From the IMG/VR virus record IMGVR_UViG_3300028805_000067, positions 32,001 through 96,000 of that record: 64,000 bases of DNA, one strand, 5' to 3'. The notes under the pieces were generated by a model. That model ran no database searches. It was not told where the DNA came from and saw only the letters and a list, made by a program, of their open reading frames with translations. Both the position numbers and the translations under genes were made by a program. Shown one piece after another: positions 1 through 8,118 of this stretch. This DNA comes from a virus (Duplodnaviria; Caudoviricetes). Position 1 is the stretch's first letter. The number at the start of each line of letters is the position of its first letter.

Positions 1-120
1 TTTATACATTTGAATAATCTCCTTTAGATTAATATTTTTACATAATATATAAAAATGAATTCAGATAAAATATATTATTTTGCCCAGAGAAATAGAAAAA
101 GTTTTACTTAAACTATTCTC

Positions 121-156
121 ACAAGTCGTGTGCTCTACCTACTGAGCTATACACCC
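121..156 (-). pseudogene. 5' half of a tRNA (ends at a possible TGT anticodon); 3' half absent from window
   Basis: Reverse complement GGGTGTA TA GCTC AGTAGGTA GAGC A CACGA CT TGT, then non-tRNA sequence; no TCGTG or T-arm in positions 1-120. Confidence 0.75.
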
Positions 157-158
157 AG

Positions 159-246
159 ATAAAGAATGTACTCGGCGCGGGTTGTATGCAGATACCGCCA
201 TACTGTAGAAAAAATCTTTATTTTTGCCTAAACGCACATTCTTTAT
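159..246 (-). ncRNA. Candidate small structured RNA
   Basis: 13-bp closing stem ATAAAGAATGTGC/GTACATTCTTTAT with a G-U pair on the minus strand; lies between tRNAs. Confidence 0.45.
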
Positions 247-355
247 TAGTTTTAACTTATAGTTATAATGATGAGCATTGGTATTATTCCTATAAGAACA
301 CATTAAAAGGGCGTGTCAACCACTTAATTAAGACTAGCTTTATATGCTAGGCTGA

Positions 356-428
356 TGGAAGTGGCAGGACTTGGACCCGCGGCATCTGCATCCCAAATGC
401 AGCATTCTACCAACTGAATTACACTTCC
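356..428 (-). tRNA. tRNA-Pro(TGG)
   Basis: GGAAGTG/CACTTCC acceptor; CTGCA-TTTGGGA-TGCAG anticodon arm; T-loop TCCAAGT. Confidence 0.92.
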
Positions 429-495
429 ATAGTGGGGAACTTCCCCACATTTGCAGAATTATTATTTAATCAGGCGCCCTCGCTAGCGCCTCATA

Positions 496-568
496 TACCC
501 CGTGTCAGGATTGAACTGACATCGCCACCGTGAAAGGGTGGTATCCTTGCCATTTAGACGAACGGGAC
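496..568 (-). tRNA. tRNA-Glu(TTC)
   Basis: CCACC-CTTTCAC-GGTGG anticodon arm; GTCAG-TTCAATC-CTGAC T-arm. Confidence 0.92.
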
Positions 569-573
569 CAAAT

Positions 574-1061
574 GGTCACAAGAACATTGGTGGTGGATTG
601 CACAGTTTTTGGTATTTCTACGAGGCTTCCTCACCTTAGTGTTCCACATTCTTATTATCTTCGCGCCTTTTTACATATTCTTGCGACCTAATCAAATGCG
701 CTACAAATCCCGCTTTACCTTTTGCGTACCACGGCAGTGCCAGTACCGTAGGTGAGAGTTGAACTCACAACAACAGATAGTAACGACTTAGTGTTTACCG
801 ACTAACACTCAAGGCTAAAATATATGGCTATAAAAATATGAGTTCGCTATTTTTATGCAAAGTCCTCTCGTATTATCCTGCATTTGTGACTTATCAGCAA
901 TAACCGTACATATTAAACAGTTGTAAGTGCCACGCTATCTTACTTTCCAGCCCAAGGTTAGATTTTATTCACCTCTGCGTGATGCTGTTGCCATCAGCTT
1001 GCTCTTCTCTTGCCGTATATCTAGAATCATCAAGAGATTAGGTATTCTCATATCTTTTTAC
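574..1061 (-). ncRNA. Large ornate structured RNA, ROOL/GOLLD-class candidate
   Basis: Own TTGAAA-17-TATAAT promoter at ~1068-1096; no credible ORF; many hairpins; 12-bp stem closing 574-688; loop-loop complementarities CACGC/GCGTG and TACGAG/CTCGTA; located in a phage tRNA cluster. Confidence 0.6.
699..785 (-). ncRNA. Circularly permuted tRNA-like (YrlA-like) module 1
   Basis: Order is T-arm GTGAG-TTCAACT-CTCAC, loop-closed acceptor CTACGGTA/TGCCGTGG, D-arm CGC..GGTAAA-GCG; flanks CGTTACTATC/GATTTGTAGCG pair. Confidence 0.7.
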
Positions 1062-1103
1062 AATTATATTATACTAAAATTTTTTATTTTTTTCAAGAAT
1101 GTG

Positions 1104-1176
1104 TGCCCCGCCCAGGACTCGGACCTGGATCGAAGGATTAGAAATCCTTTATTCTATCCAATTAAACTAACAGGGC
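1104..1176 (-). tRNA. tRNA-Arg(TCT)
   Basis: AAGGA-TTTCTAA-TCCTT anticodon arm; CCAGG-TCCGAGT-CCTGG T-arm. Confidence 0.92.
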
Positions 1177-1180
1177 TAGA

Positions 1181-1251
1181 CAGCGGATGAGGGTTACGCT
1201 CCCCCGCCAAGAGCTTCAAAGGCTCCTGTACTACTATTATACGAATCCGCT
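1181..1251 (-). tRNA. tRNA-Gln(TTG)
   Basis: AGCGGAT/ATCCGCT acceptor; GGAGC-CTTTGAA-GCTCT anticodon arm; atypical T-loop AGCGTAA. Confidence 0.85.
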
Positions 1252-1260
1252 AAATAGTAC

Positions 1261-1476
1261 CTACTCTTGATTCTGATGTATAGTACTTGTAATAGGAGTT
1301 GCAATACTATCAACCACTAACATTAAACATACACCTTGCCAATAAGTAATAGTTGGTAAGTTAAATAAGTATGGCATTACAGCGTTCCAAGTTGGTGTTA
1401 AAATTAATGCTATTATTAAACATCCAAGCATAGTTACTAATATTGTAATTGCCAGTGCGCATAAAATATCTTTCAT
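1261..1476 (-). CDS. Small membrane protein
   Basis: 71 aa, two hydrophobic segments, GAGG RBS. Confidence 0.75.
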   Translation of the reverse strand: MKDILCALAITILVTMLGCLIIALILTPTWNAVMPYLFNLPTITYWQGVCLMLVVDSIATPITSTIHQNQE

Positions 1477-1745
1477 TTGCTACCTCTATATACATAATGT
1501 ATTTCTTTGGTGGGAATTTCTATCCAAACTTCTTGCTCTTTATCTATTTTTCTATCAGTATAAGTATTTCCATCACAACCAGAATCCAGAATCATTACTG
1601 CATCTTCTGTATGTCTTTTAACTATACCGCCAAAACCTTGATCTGGTGTCCAATAAATCTGAATATCAGGCCCTACTTCTTTAATTTTAACTTTCATTCT
1701 TAATGTTTGATTTACTTTATCATAAAAATATTTATAATCTTTCAT
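1473..1745 (-). CDS. Hypothetical protein
   Basis: Start moved to MKDYKY (GAGG RBS); the longer track ORF overlaps tRNA-Tyr. Confidence 0.75.
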   Translation of the reverse strand: MKDYKYFYDKVNQTLRMKVKIKEVGPDIQIYWTPDQGFGGIVKRHTEDAVMILDSGCDGNTYTDRKIDKEQEVWIEIPTKEIHYVYRGSK

Positions 1746-1772
1746 AAAGTACCTCATTTTTAATATATTTAG

Positions 1773-1855
1773 TGGGTAGAGGTGGACTCGAACCACCGGT
1801 GTTTCTGATGTGGCAAATTTACAGTTTGCTCTCTTCGCCGCTAGAGTACCTACCC
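1773..1855 (-). tRNA. tRNA-Tyr(GTA)
   Basis: GCAAA-CTGTAAA-TTTGC anticodon arm, long variable arm, GGTGG-TTCGAGT-CCACC T-arm. Confidence 0.93.
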
Positions 1856-2170
1856 TTATCCTATTGTGAAACCGCAAAAATGTTTCATACAATCATAATC
1901 TTTAATTTGAGTAAAGCCAAAATCATTAGTCCAAACATAAACTTTTCTTTCAGAAGCGCCAGCTGGATTATACAATCCTTCTCCTACTCTTTCAATAATT
2001 GCGTAATTATAACAATGCTCTTGTATGTCACAAGCATTTACTTCAACTGCATATGTAGCAGTTCGTTCATCAGTATAATAACCAACTATTCTTGAATCGC
2101 CAAAATATGGCATTTTAGTTTTTTCATCTAATTCATAATTAGTTGATACCATTATTGTATAGATTGCCAT
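1856..2170 (-). CDS. Hypothetical protein
   Basis: 104 aa, AAGGTG RBS. Confidence 0.75.
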   Translation of the reverse strand: MAIYTIMVSTNYELDEKTKMPYFGDSRIVGYYTDERTATYAVEVNACDIQEHCYNYAIIERVGEGLYNPAGASERKVYVWTNDFGFTQIKDYDCMKHFCGFTIG

Positions 2171-2194
2171 AATTACACCTTCTTTCTTATAAAA

Positions 2195-2269
2195 TGTCGC
2201 TAGTGAGACTCGAACTCACACTGGAGGGTTTTTAAGACCCTTGCCTACTGCCAATTGGGCTATAGCGAC
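2195..2269 (-). tRNA. tRNA-Leu(TAA), short variable arm
   Basis: GTCGCTA/TAGCGAC acceptor; AGGGT-CTTAAAA-ACCCT anticodon arm; 5-nt variable loop. Confidence 0.9.
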
Positions 2270-2294
2270 CTATTTCCTATGATAGTGCCATAGG

Positions 2295-2394
2295 TAGTAT
2301 ATATATCTGCTCTTACAGCGCCATCCCAGACAGGCACTTCTGTTCTAGTATTGGGCGAATGGTCGGAGGTATGACCTCTAGATTATATATACTA
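2295..2394 (-). ncRNA. Candidate ~100-nt multi-branched RNA
   Basis: Closing stem TAGTATATATA(A)TCT/AGATATATATACTA with internal hairpins GAGGT/ACCTC, CCAT/ATGG, ACAG/CTGT, GCT/AGC. Confidence 0.45.
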
Positions 2395-2395
2395 A

Positions 2396-2469
2396 CGGAA
2401 GCTGGGGGACTTGAACCCTCGACCTAGTGATTAACAGTCACTCGCTACCACCAACTGAGCTAAGCTTCC
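2396..2469 (-). tRNA. tRNA-Asn(GTT)
   Basis: AGTGA-CTGTTAA-TCACT anticodon arm; GGAAGCT/AGCTTCC acceptor. Confidence 0.92.
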
Positions 2470-2476
2470 AGCAGAA

Positions 2477-2621
2477 GGTACTTTCTCCGCCTGTTTAACG
2501 ACTCTGCCCTCAGAAAGTACCAAACCCTGTTTTGTCGTGTAAGTGATTAATAGCTCACCAGTGCAGCAACTTCCCCGTATTTGGCGAAGTTGAAGGAATC
2601 GAACCTTGAATATCAATCCTT
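2477..2621 (-). ncRNA. Circularly permuted tRNA-like module 2 plus downstream hairpin
   Basis: Begins at the predicted start site of a TTGAAA-17-TATAAT promoter; GATTGATA/TATTAATC stem encloses AAGG-TTCGATT-CCTT, CAACTTC-GCCA..GAAGTTG and a TGG D-loop; then hairpin GGTACTTTCT/AGAAAGTACC. Confidence 0.7.
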
Positions 2622-2715
2622 ACAATTATATTATATCATAATTTTTTTATGATTTCAATTTATTTTTTATTTTTCTTTTTGTTTCTTTTTCTTTTCATTT
2701 TGTAATTATATTATA

Positions 2716-3060
2716 TCAAAAATTTTTACTTTTTTCAATTAAGTGTTTTATGCCGCTGTTAATTTCAAAAAAATCAAACATCTGATAAGAATTATTACGG
2801 CTTAAAAAGTTCGCAAAGGCTTCATTATCTATAACGCCATCTTCTATTAACTTATAATAACCGTCATTAAAATTAACAGTTCTTAAATCATTAAGCTCTT
2901 CAGCAGCATCATACCCATAGCAATCGCCATATTTAGTAACAATACTGAAAATTTCATCACCACTTATAACATAAACAGTAAAATCTTCTATTAAATCCAA
3001 TGTTGGAATTTTAACTATTTCACTCTTGTCATCCCAATTGAGTATCTTAATTTCGTACAT
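2716..3060 (-). CDS. Hypothetical protein
   Basis: Likely start MYEIK after the ligase stop codon. Confidence 0.65.
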   Translation of the reverse strand: MYEIKILNWDDKSEIVKIPTLDLIEDFTVYVISGDEIFSIVTKYGDCYGYDAAEELNDLRTVNFNDGYYKLIEDGVIDNEAFANFLSRNNSYQMFDFFEINSGIKHLIEKSKNF

Positions 3061-3079
3061 CTGCCCTTCAATATTAGCT

Positions 3080-3997
3080 TTATGCATTGAGTACCACCTT
3101 TCTTGCAAGTTCCATTGTCTTGTTTGAACAAAATTTACCAAAATTATTACATAATTTAAGACCTTCTGCTACCGATTCAGGCTCTTCTTTATTAATATCT
3201 TCCCAAATTCTTTTAGGCAGATGCTTAGCAATAATACCCATCTGCTTTGCATCATAAGGTTCTGCGATAATGCCATCATCACGAAGATTGCAAAGCATCT
3301 TTTCAATTCGTCTTTCAGTTACAATACTATCTACAATAGCTTTTGCGAGAGCTTCATTAGGGTCTGCCGCTTTAGGTTCTTTGATTTTAACTTTCATTAC
3401 TTCACTAAAGCTATCACAAACAAGTTTCAGATAGTATTCATCTCTTGGTGCATTAAGTAGTGTCTGATTCTTAACTACAACACCTTCACCTTCAACAAGA
3501 GCAAGATTAGACTTACCCATAAACTGACGCATATTATCCCAATTCTTAAACTCACCTACATAAAGTGTGTTTACATAACCAAGATTAAGTATTTTAGCAA
3601 ACTCTTTTACTTCTTCCTGAACAAGATACTTTTCATTTGCTACATCATAAATATCATAAAAGTAAAAGTTATTGTAATATTCATCTTTGTACTGAACTTT
3701 ATTCTTAACACCCCATTCACCAAAGAAAACAAGATTAGCATGAGATTTTACAATATCTGCAAAGTTTTTGTCATTTGTTTCTTTAGTCTTTATCCAATTG
3801 TAGAAACCATTAAGAGTATTTGTAGGGGTTAATTCTTGGCGGCGGCTGAATGCCTTAATCTCACCGCTAGCCTCATCATACTGAAAGCTAGCATTACTAC
3901 CATCCATTTTTTCCTGAACTACTACAATATCATTCGGGAACCAGTTCTTATCATTGTATCCTTCTTTAAGTCGTTCAATATCCATATACTTCTTCAT
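3080..3997 (-). CDS. RNA ligase, Rnl2-like
   Basis: Nucleotidyltransferase motifs QEKMDGSN, FGEW, FYDI, EGEGVVVK, LKLV plus helical C-terminal domain. Confidence 0.85.
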   Translation of the reverse strand: MKKYMDIERLKEGYNDKNWFPNDIVVVQEKMDGSNASFQYDEASGEIKAFSRRQELTPTNTLNGFYNWIKTKETNDKNFADIVKSHANLVFFGEWGVKNKVQYKDEYYNNFYFYDIYDVANEKYLVQEEVKEFAKILNLGYVNTLYVGEFKNWDNMRQFMGKSNLALVEGEGVVVKNQTLLNAPRDEYYLKLVCDSFSEVMKVKIKEPKAADPNEALAKAIVDSIVTERRIEKMLCNLRDDGIIAEPYDAKQMGIIAKHLPKRIWEDINKEEPESVAEGLKLCNNFGKFCSNKTMELARKVVLNA

Positions 3998-4010
3998 ATC
4001 TTTGTTCTCC

Positions 4011-4250
4011 TTAACCGTAAACTACAGTATGAATTTGCCACTCTCCATTTTCATATAAAAATACATAATGACATAAGCGCTGTCTTGTAGGAAAATCAAA
4101 TGTAACACTATCAATAAAATATAAATGAATAGCATTAAACTTATCTACTTCAAACCTGTCATACTTAAGCCAATAATATCTTTGACTTATATGAGCGAGA
4201 GCTTTCTCTTTACAAATTGCAACTGCTTTCTTTAATTGTTTCTTAGTCAT
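4011..4250 (-). CDS. Hypothetical protein
   Basis: 79 aa, RBS and upstream promoter. Confidence 0.7.
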   Translation of the reverse strand: MTKKQLKKAVAICKEKALAHISQRYYWLKYDRFEVDKFNAIHLYFIDSVTFDFPTRQRLCHYVFLYENGEWQIHTVVYG

Positions 4251-4390
4251 TTCTGACCTCTTTCTCCACCAGTTAAGAAATGTTTTTCTTTTTTATCTCT
4301 TTCTCATTTCTTACAATTATATTATATCAAAATTTTTTAAAAAATACAAAAAAGAAAATGCGGCAGCCGCATAAACGACCGCCGCCACTT

Positions 4391-4618
4391 TTATTCATTA
4401 ATATTTAGCAATACTTCAATATCTAAAACTTTAATAGGTTGAATATCTGACAATTTGAATAACTCAAGAAGCCCCTCCACAGTATCTGTCAATTGCTGTA
4501 TATCATCTGTTTCATAATCTACAAATGAAACAACACCTTGTTCATCTGTTTCAGATACTTGATAATAATAATAAACTGGTTTAGTAGAGTTGCCTCTACG
4601 GATAAGAATTTTGTACAT
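4391..4618 (-). CDS. Hypothetical protein, last gene of tail operon
   Basis: 75 aa, followed by hairpin plus T-tract. Confidence 0.75.
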   Translation of the reverse strand: MYKILIRRGNSTKPVYYYYQVSETDEQGVVSFVDYETDDIQQLTDTVEGLLELFKLSDIQPIKVLDIEVLLNINE

Positions 4619-4630
4619 AGCTTTTCACTC

Positions 4631-5911
4631 CTATTGTATACTATTTGGTATGGCTGCTGGTAATTCATGAAACCAATCGCCTTCATTATCTGTTCTTATA
4701 AACATAGCTGTCAAATAAAAATTTGCAAAGTAAATATCAGTACCTACAACAGGTTTCTTTTTACAATATATAATTAACTGAGCGCGTTTGCCAATAGATG
4801 CAGCATCAGTTGTTTCTTGCAACCATTCAATTATAAAATAATCATGGAAATATTTAAAGCCATTCTTACTACGCCAATTATGAATACTCCAAATAATAGA
4901 TGGTTTTTCAGTATAATCATTAGCAAAAGAATAATTCCATGTATAAGTCTTACCAGCAACCCAGTTAAGTTTAGAAAAGTCTAAACGAACTGTTTCAAAA
5001 TGACCTGAATCTAATAACATACGAGTATCCCATGCACCAGCCCAAGATTTATTTACCCCCATTTTCTTTTTTACAAAAATACCATTACGAGGTATATCTT
5101 TGACTGTACCATTTTGCATATCATATTCTTTTTTAGTCCAAGTAGAGGCACCTGTAACTAAATATGTATTACCTAAATTGCAACCAAGACTATTATTACC
5201 ATTTTGAGCTTGTCCGCCTAAGTATACATTTCCGCTTTGTTCTAATCTAATTGCACTAATAGGCGTTGCAGAACCATAAATATCTTTTATTTTTGCATTA
5301 TCAGTACGCTGAGTAGGGACAATATCAGTATTGGCGCTAAAAGCTGTACTAAATAAATGTTTAAATGTATATTGTGGATAATGCGAAGTATAGATTGGAA
5401 CATTATTATCGCCACGGTTACCTACAACTACGCCGGCATCTTGTACACCAACACTACCTTGTACTTCAATATTGGTCATAGTTTGTCCATCTACTGCAAC
5501 AGCAGAACTAGAATATAAAGGTGAAATAGTATCACTGTCTGTAACTACATGCTGAGTAACACCAACAACTGGCATTGAAAAAGTGCTATATCCATTAAAA
5601 GTAGCACCTCTTTCAGGCGGCTCTGTACTACTACCTACTTGGTTAGGTGTATAAGCTATATATTCATCACCACTTTGAATAATACGAGATGCACCAGTAA
5701 TACCACCATAAGCCTGTATTGTTGCTAAAAATTCATCCCAATGTTCCCATTCAGTTGTATCAACCAATCCTTGTTCTTTCAGCCAAGTATGATAAACATC
5801 TTCACCAGCTTCACCGCGGATAACGGGCCAAGGTTCCCATGAATAACCTTCTGGTGCAGTTCCATCTATTGTTTTTTCATAAATGGCGTCTTTATAAATT
5901 GTTAATCCCAT
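4631..5911 (-). CDS. Putative tail/receptor-binding structural protein
   Basis: 426 aa, in tail operon; GxxGEDVYHTW motif resembles fibre N-termini. Confidence 0.55.
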   Translation of the reverse strand: MGLTIYKDAIYEKTIDGTAPEGYSWEPWPVIRGEAGEDVYHTWLKEQGLVDTTEWEHWDEFLATIQAYGGITGASRIIQSGDEYIAYTPNQVGSSTEPPERGATFNGYSTFSMPVVGVTQHVVTDSDTISPLYSSSAVAVDGQTMTNIEVQGSVGVQDAGVVVGNRGDNNVPIYTSHYPQYTFKHLFSTAFSANTDIVPTQRTDNAKIKDIYGSATPISAIRLEQSGNVYLGGQAQNGNNSLGCNLGNTYLVTGASTWTKKEYDMQNGTVKDIPRNGIFVKKKMGVNKSWAGAWDTRMLLDSGHFETVRLDFSKLNWVAGKTYTWNYSFANDYTEKPSIIWSIHNWRSKNGFKYFHDYFIIEWLQETTDAASIGKRAQLIIYCKKKPVVGTDIYFANFYLTAMFIRTDNEGDWFHELPAAIPNSIQ

Positions 5912-5929
5912 TTTTCCCCTTTGTCCTCC

Positions 5930-8116
5930 TTAGAATTTCTGTAATAATTTTGTTGTAGTTATATTCATAGTTCCATTTGAGTCAAATGGAATTGACACAC
6001 TTTTTACCCAATATGTACCTTTTATATTATATTTATCTAACTTTAATATAACTTGACAATTAGCATCCATATAATAAATAGGTAAAGAAGTTAATTGTAC
6101 TGTTTCATTATAATTAGTGTATTGATATAATAAATCTCTTATTGCGGTGTAGGCTGACCGCCACCCATCTTGTATTGTCTGCTGTAGCCACTTTGTATTT
6201 ACATCAAATATAGCGTAATTACTATTTTGCGCTTTAATATCATTAATTGCTTGTTGATAATTATCATTTGCAACTATATTATTTTTATTATAGTAATCAT
6301 CTACATTTATAAATACATAGTCTGGCATATCCGCTGGTTCAAATAAGCAATTTATTTTATCACTTTTATACACATAAGTTCTTCTACCGATATTTTTAAT
6401 ATTATATTTAGATACTGCTGCACCACTAATTAATTCTAAATAAAAATCAGAATTTGAATTATCTTTTAAAAAAGAATCTTTAAAGGTATTAGCTTCTAAA
6501 TCAAATACTTTAGGCCATTCATTGATTAATCTAGTGTAATAATATGAAGTTTCTTGTCCGTCATGTGCAAAAGCTAAATCTCTGTAATATACATATGTTT
6601 GCCATTCTTTCATACTGCTAGTTGAAATTGTTTTTAATTCTGTGGCGGATTCCACAAGAACAAAAGTTTTAGTATCTGGATCGTAAGTATATATTTTACC
6701 ATCCCCAGGTGTATAAAATTCGCCTTCTATTGGATAAGCAATACTTTCCATTTCTTCTTGGCTACTATACTTACGAGGGATGCCCGCCTTCCTCAATCCT
6801 GTATCATTATCTGTATAATAAAATACTTCATATGTGATATTTACAGGAATTGTTGGTATATCATCAATGCATACTTGATAGCATATTGGTAACTTACTTT
6901 CTGTCTTTTGCCCCCAGACAATAAAGTCATTTTTAATATTTTGTATATTAGGGTTCATACTAATTGCTGTTAAAATAACATCATCATTAAAACTATAAGC
7001 AATATTATTATTTTCATTTAAGCTAATGTCTAATGAGCCTATAGAAAAATCATAATTATTAATTAAGTTAGATAAATCATTTGATTCAGTTATATTTAAA
7101 TTATTAGTTTTTTGTCTAAAAATAAAATTACCATACACATCATAAAAATATTCAACATTATCTAAATAACTAACAAGTTTATCTAATACAGAAGTAATAG
7201 TGTCGCCAGGTTGAGCTATTAATCCTTCTTTTGAGCCAGTGTAAATAAAATCACTCCAGCAATAACCAATAACATCTGTCTTAAAAAAGATGTCATAATA
7301 ATTTTGTGCCTCTTCAGTTAGTTTCCAATCATATTTTTCTATACCTGGATCTATACCTTGTTCTAGTTCTGTGGCGGCGGCTACTTGGTCCTCCGCCACA
7401 AGGGTATGAAATTTAACTTCTGTATCAATATAAGCACTTGCATCTTCAGTTGCTTTATGTATGATTAATGGTTGCACTTGATTCCATTTCCTAACAGCCA
7501 GTATTTTTTCTGGGATATCTGACACAATAATGTTACCCAATTGCTCTTTACCCCAGTGATTTACTAATTCAGTAATAATTTGTTTAATAATTACTGGTCT
7601 ATCTACTTTATTACCATCTTTATCTATTGTTTCCATTCTATCAAGTACCATTGCGGCAGGCAGCTTCCCGCCAATTGTACCATTAAGTAAACACATTTTA
7701 TCTTGAACAGTTAAACTTAATTGAATATTATTATTAGTTTGGATTGTTACTGAAACACCTGTAATAATAAATAATCCATAAGGAAACCATAAAATAGGAT
7801 AATTTTTATAAGTAGTATCTACAAAAGGATTAGCTAATCCTTTTTCTATAATAATTTTTTTATTTATGCTAAATAAATTAGAAATGTCATTAATATCATA
7901 TTGGGAAGAATCTAACACAGCGGTTAAAGAACCAGAACGGCGTAAAGTTGAGTCGCCATTAATACTAATATTACCGGTAGTAATATAACTTTGTACTGAA
8001 GCTACTTCATTTTCTTCCCAATCTAATACTGTAATTTTAACATAGTGCTCTCGAAATTGTTGCTTATCAACTTCCGCCAAGAAAGTTTTATTATTTAAGT
8101 ATGGATATTTTTTCAT
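5930..8116 (-). CDS. Putative tail-tip/hub protein
   Basis: 728 aa; RRSGSL, DKMCLLNGTIGG, EYFYDVYGNFIF and NIKNDFIVWG segments resemble phage tail hub proteins. Confidence 0.65.
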   Translation of the reverse strand: MKKYPYLNNKTFLAEVDKQQFREHYVKITVLDWEENEVASVQSYITTGNISINGDSTLRRSGSLTAVLDSSQYDINDISNLFSINKKIIIEKGLANPFVDTTYKNYPILWFPYGLFIITGVSVTIQTNNNIQLSLTVQDKMCLLNGTIGGKLPAAMVLDRMETIDKDGNKVDRPVIIKQIITELVNHWGKEQLGNIIVSDIPEKILAVRKWNQVQPLIIHKATEDASAYIDTEVKFHTLVAEDQVAAATELEQGIDPGIEKYDWKLTEEAQNYYDIFFKTDVIGYCWSDFIYTGSKEGLIAQPGDTITSVLDKLVSYLDNVEYFYDVYGNFIFRQKTNNLNITESNDLSNLINNYDFSIGSLDISLNENNNIAYSFNDDVILTAISMNPNIQNIKNDFIVWGQKTESKLPICYQVCIDDIPTIPVNITYEVFYYTDNDTGLRKAGIPRKYSSQEEMESIAYPIEGEFYTPGDGKIYTYDPDTKTFVLVESATELKTISTSSMKEWQTYVYYRDLAFAHDGQETSYYYTRLINEWPKVFDLEANTFKDSFLKDNSNSDFYLELISGAAVSKYNIKNIGRRTYVYKSDKINCLFEPADMPDYVFINVDDYYNKNNIVANDNYQQAINDIKAQNSNYAIFDVNTKWLQQTIQDGWRSAYTAIRDLLYQYTNYNETVQLTSLPIYYMDANCQVILKLDKYNIKGTYWVKSVSIPFDSNGTMNITTTKLLQKF

Positions 8117-8118
8117 AG

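Noticed and set aside
574-1061. Permuted group I or group II intron
   Set aside because: No convincing P7 core or domain V motif found by eye.
2295-2394. SAM-I riboswitch (ATC..GAG..AGAT resemblance)
   Set aside because: Kink-turn P2 and GCAAC elements are missing and there is no downstream gene to regulate.
927-2616. Track ORFs 927-1190, 1772-2095 and 2431-2616
   Set aside because: They overlap tRNA or ncRNA genes and lack an RBS.
574-2621. Permuted modules as two-piece tmRNA
   Set aside because: No G3-U70 alanine determinant and no tag reading frame ending in an AA-type degron.
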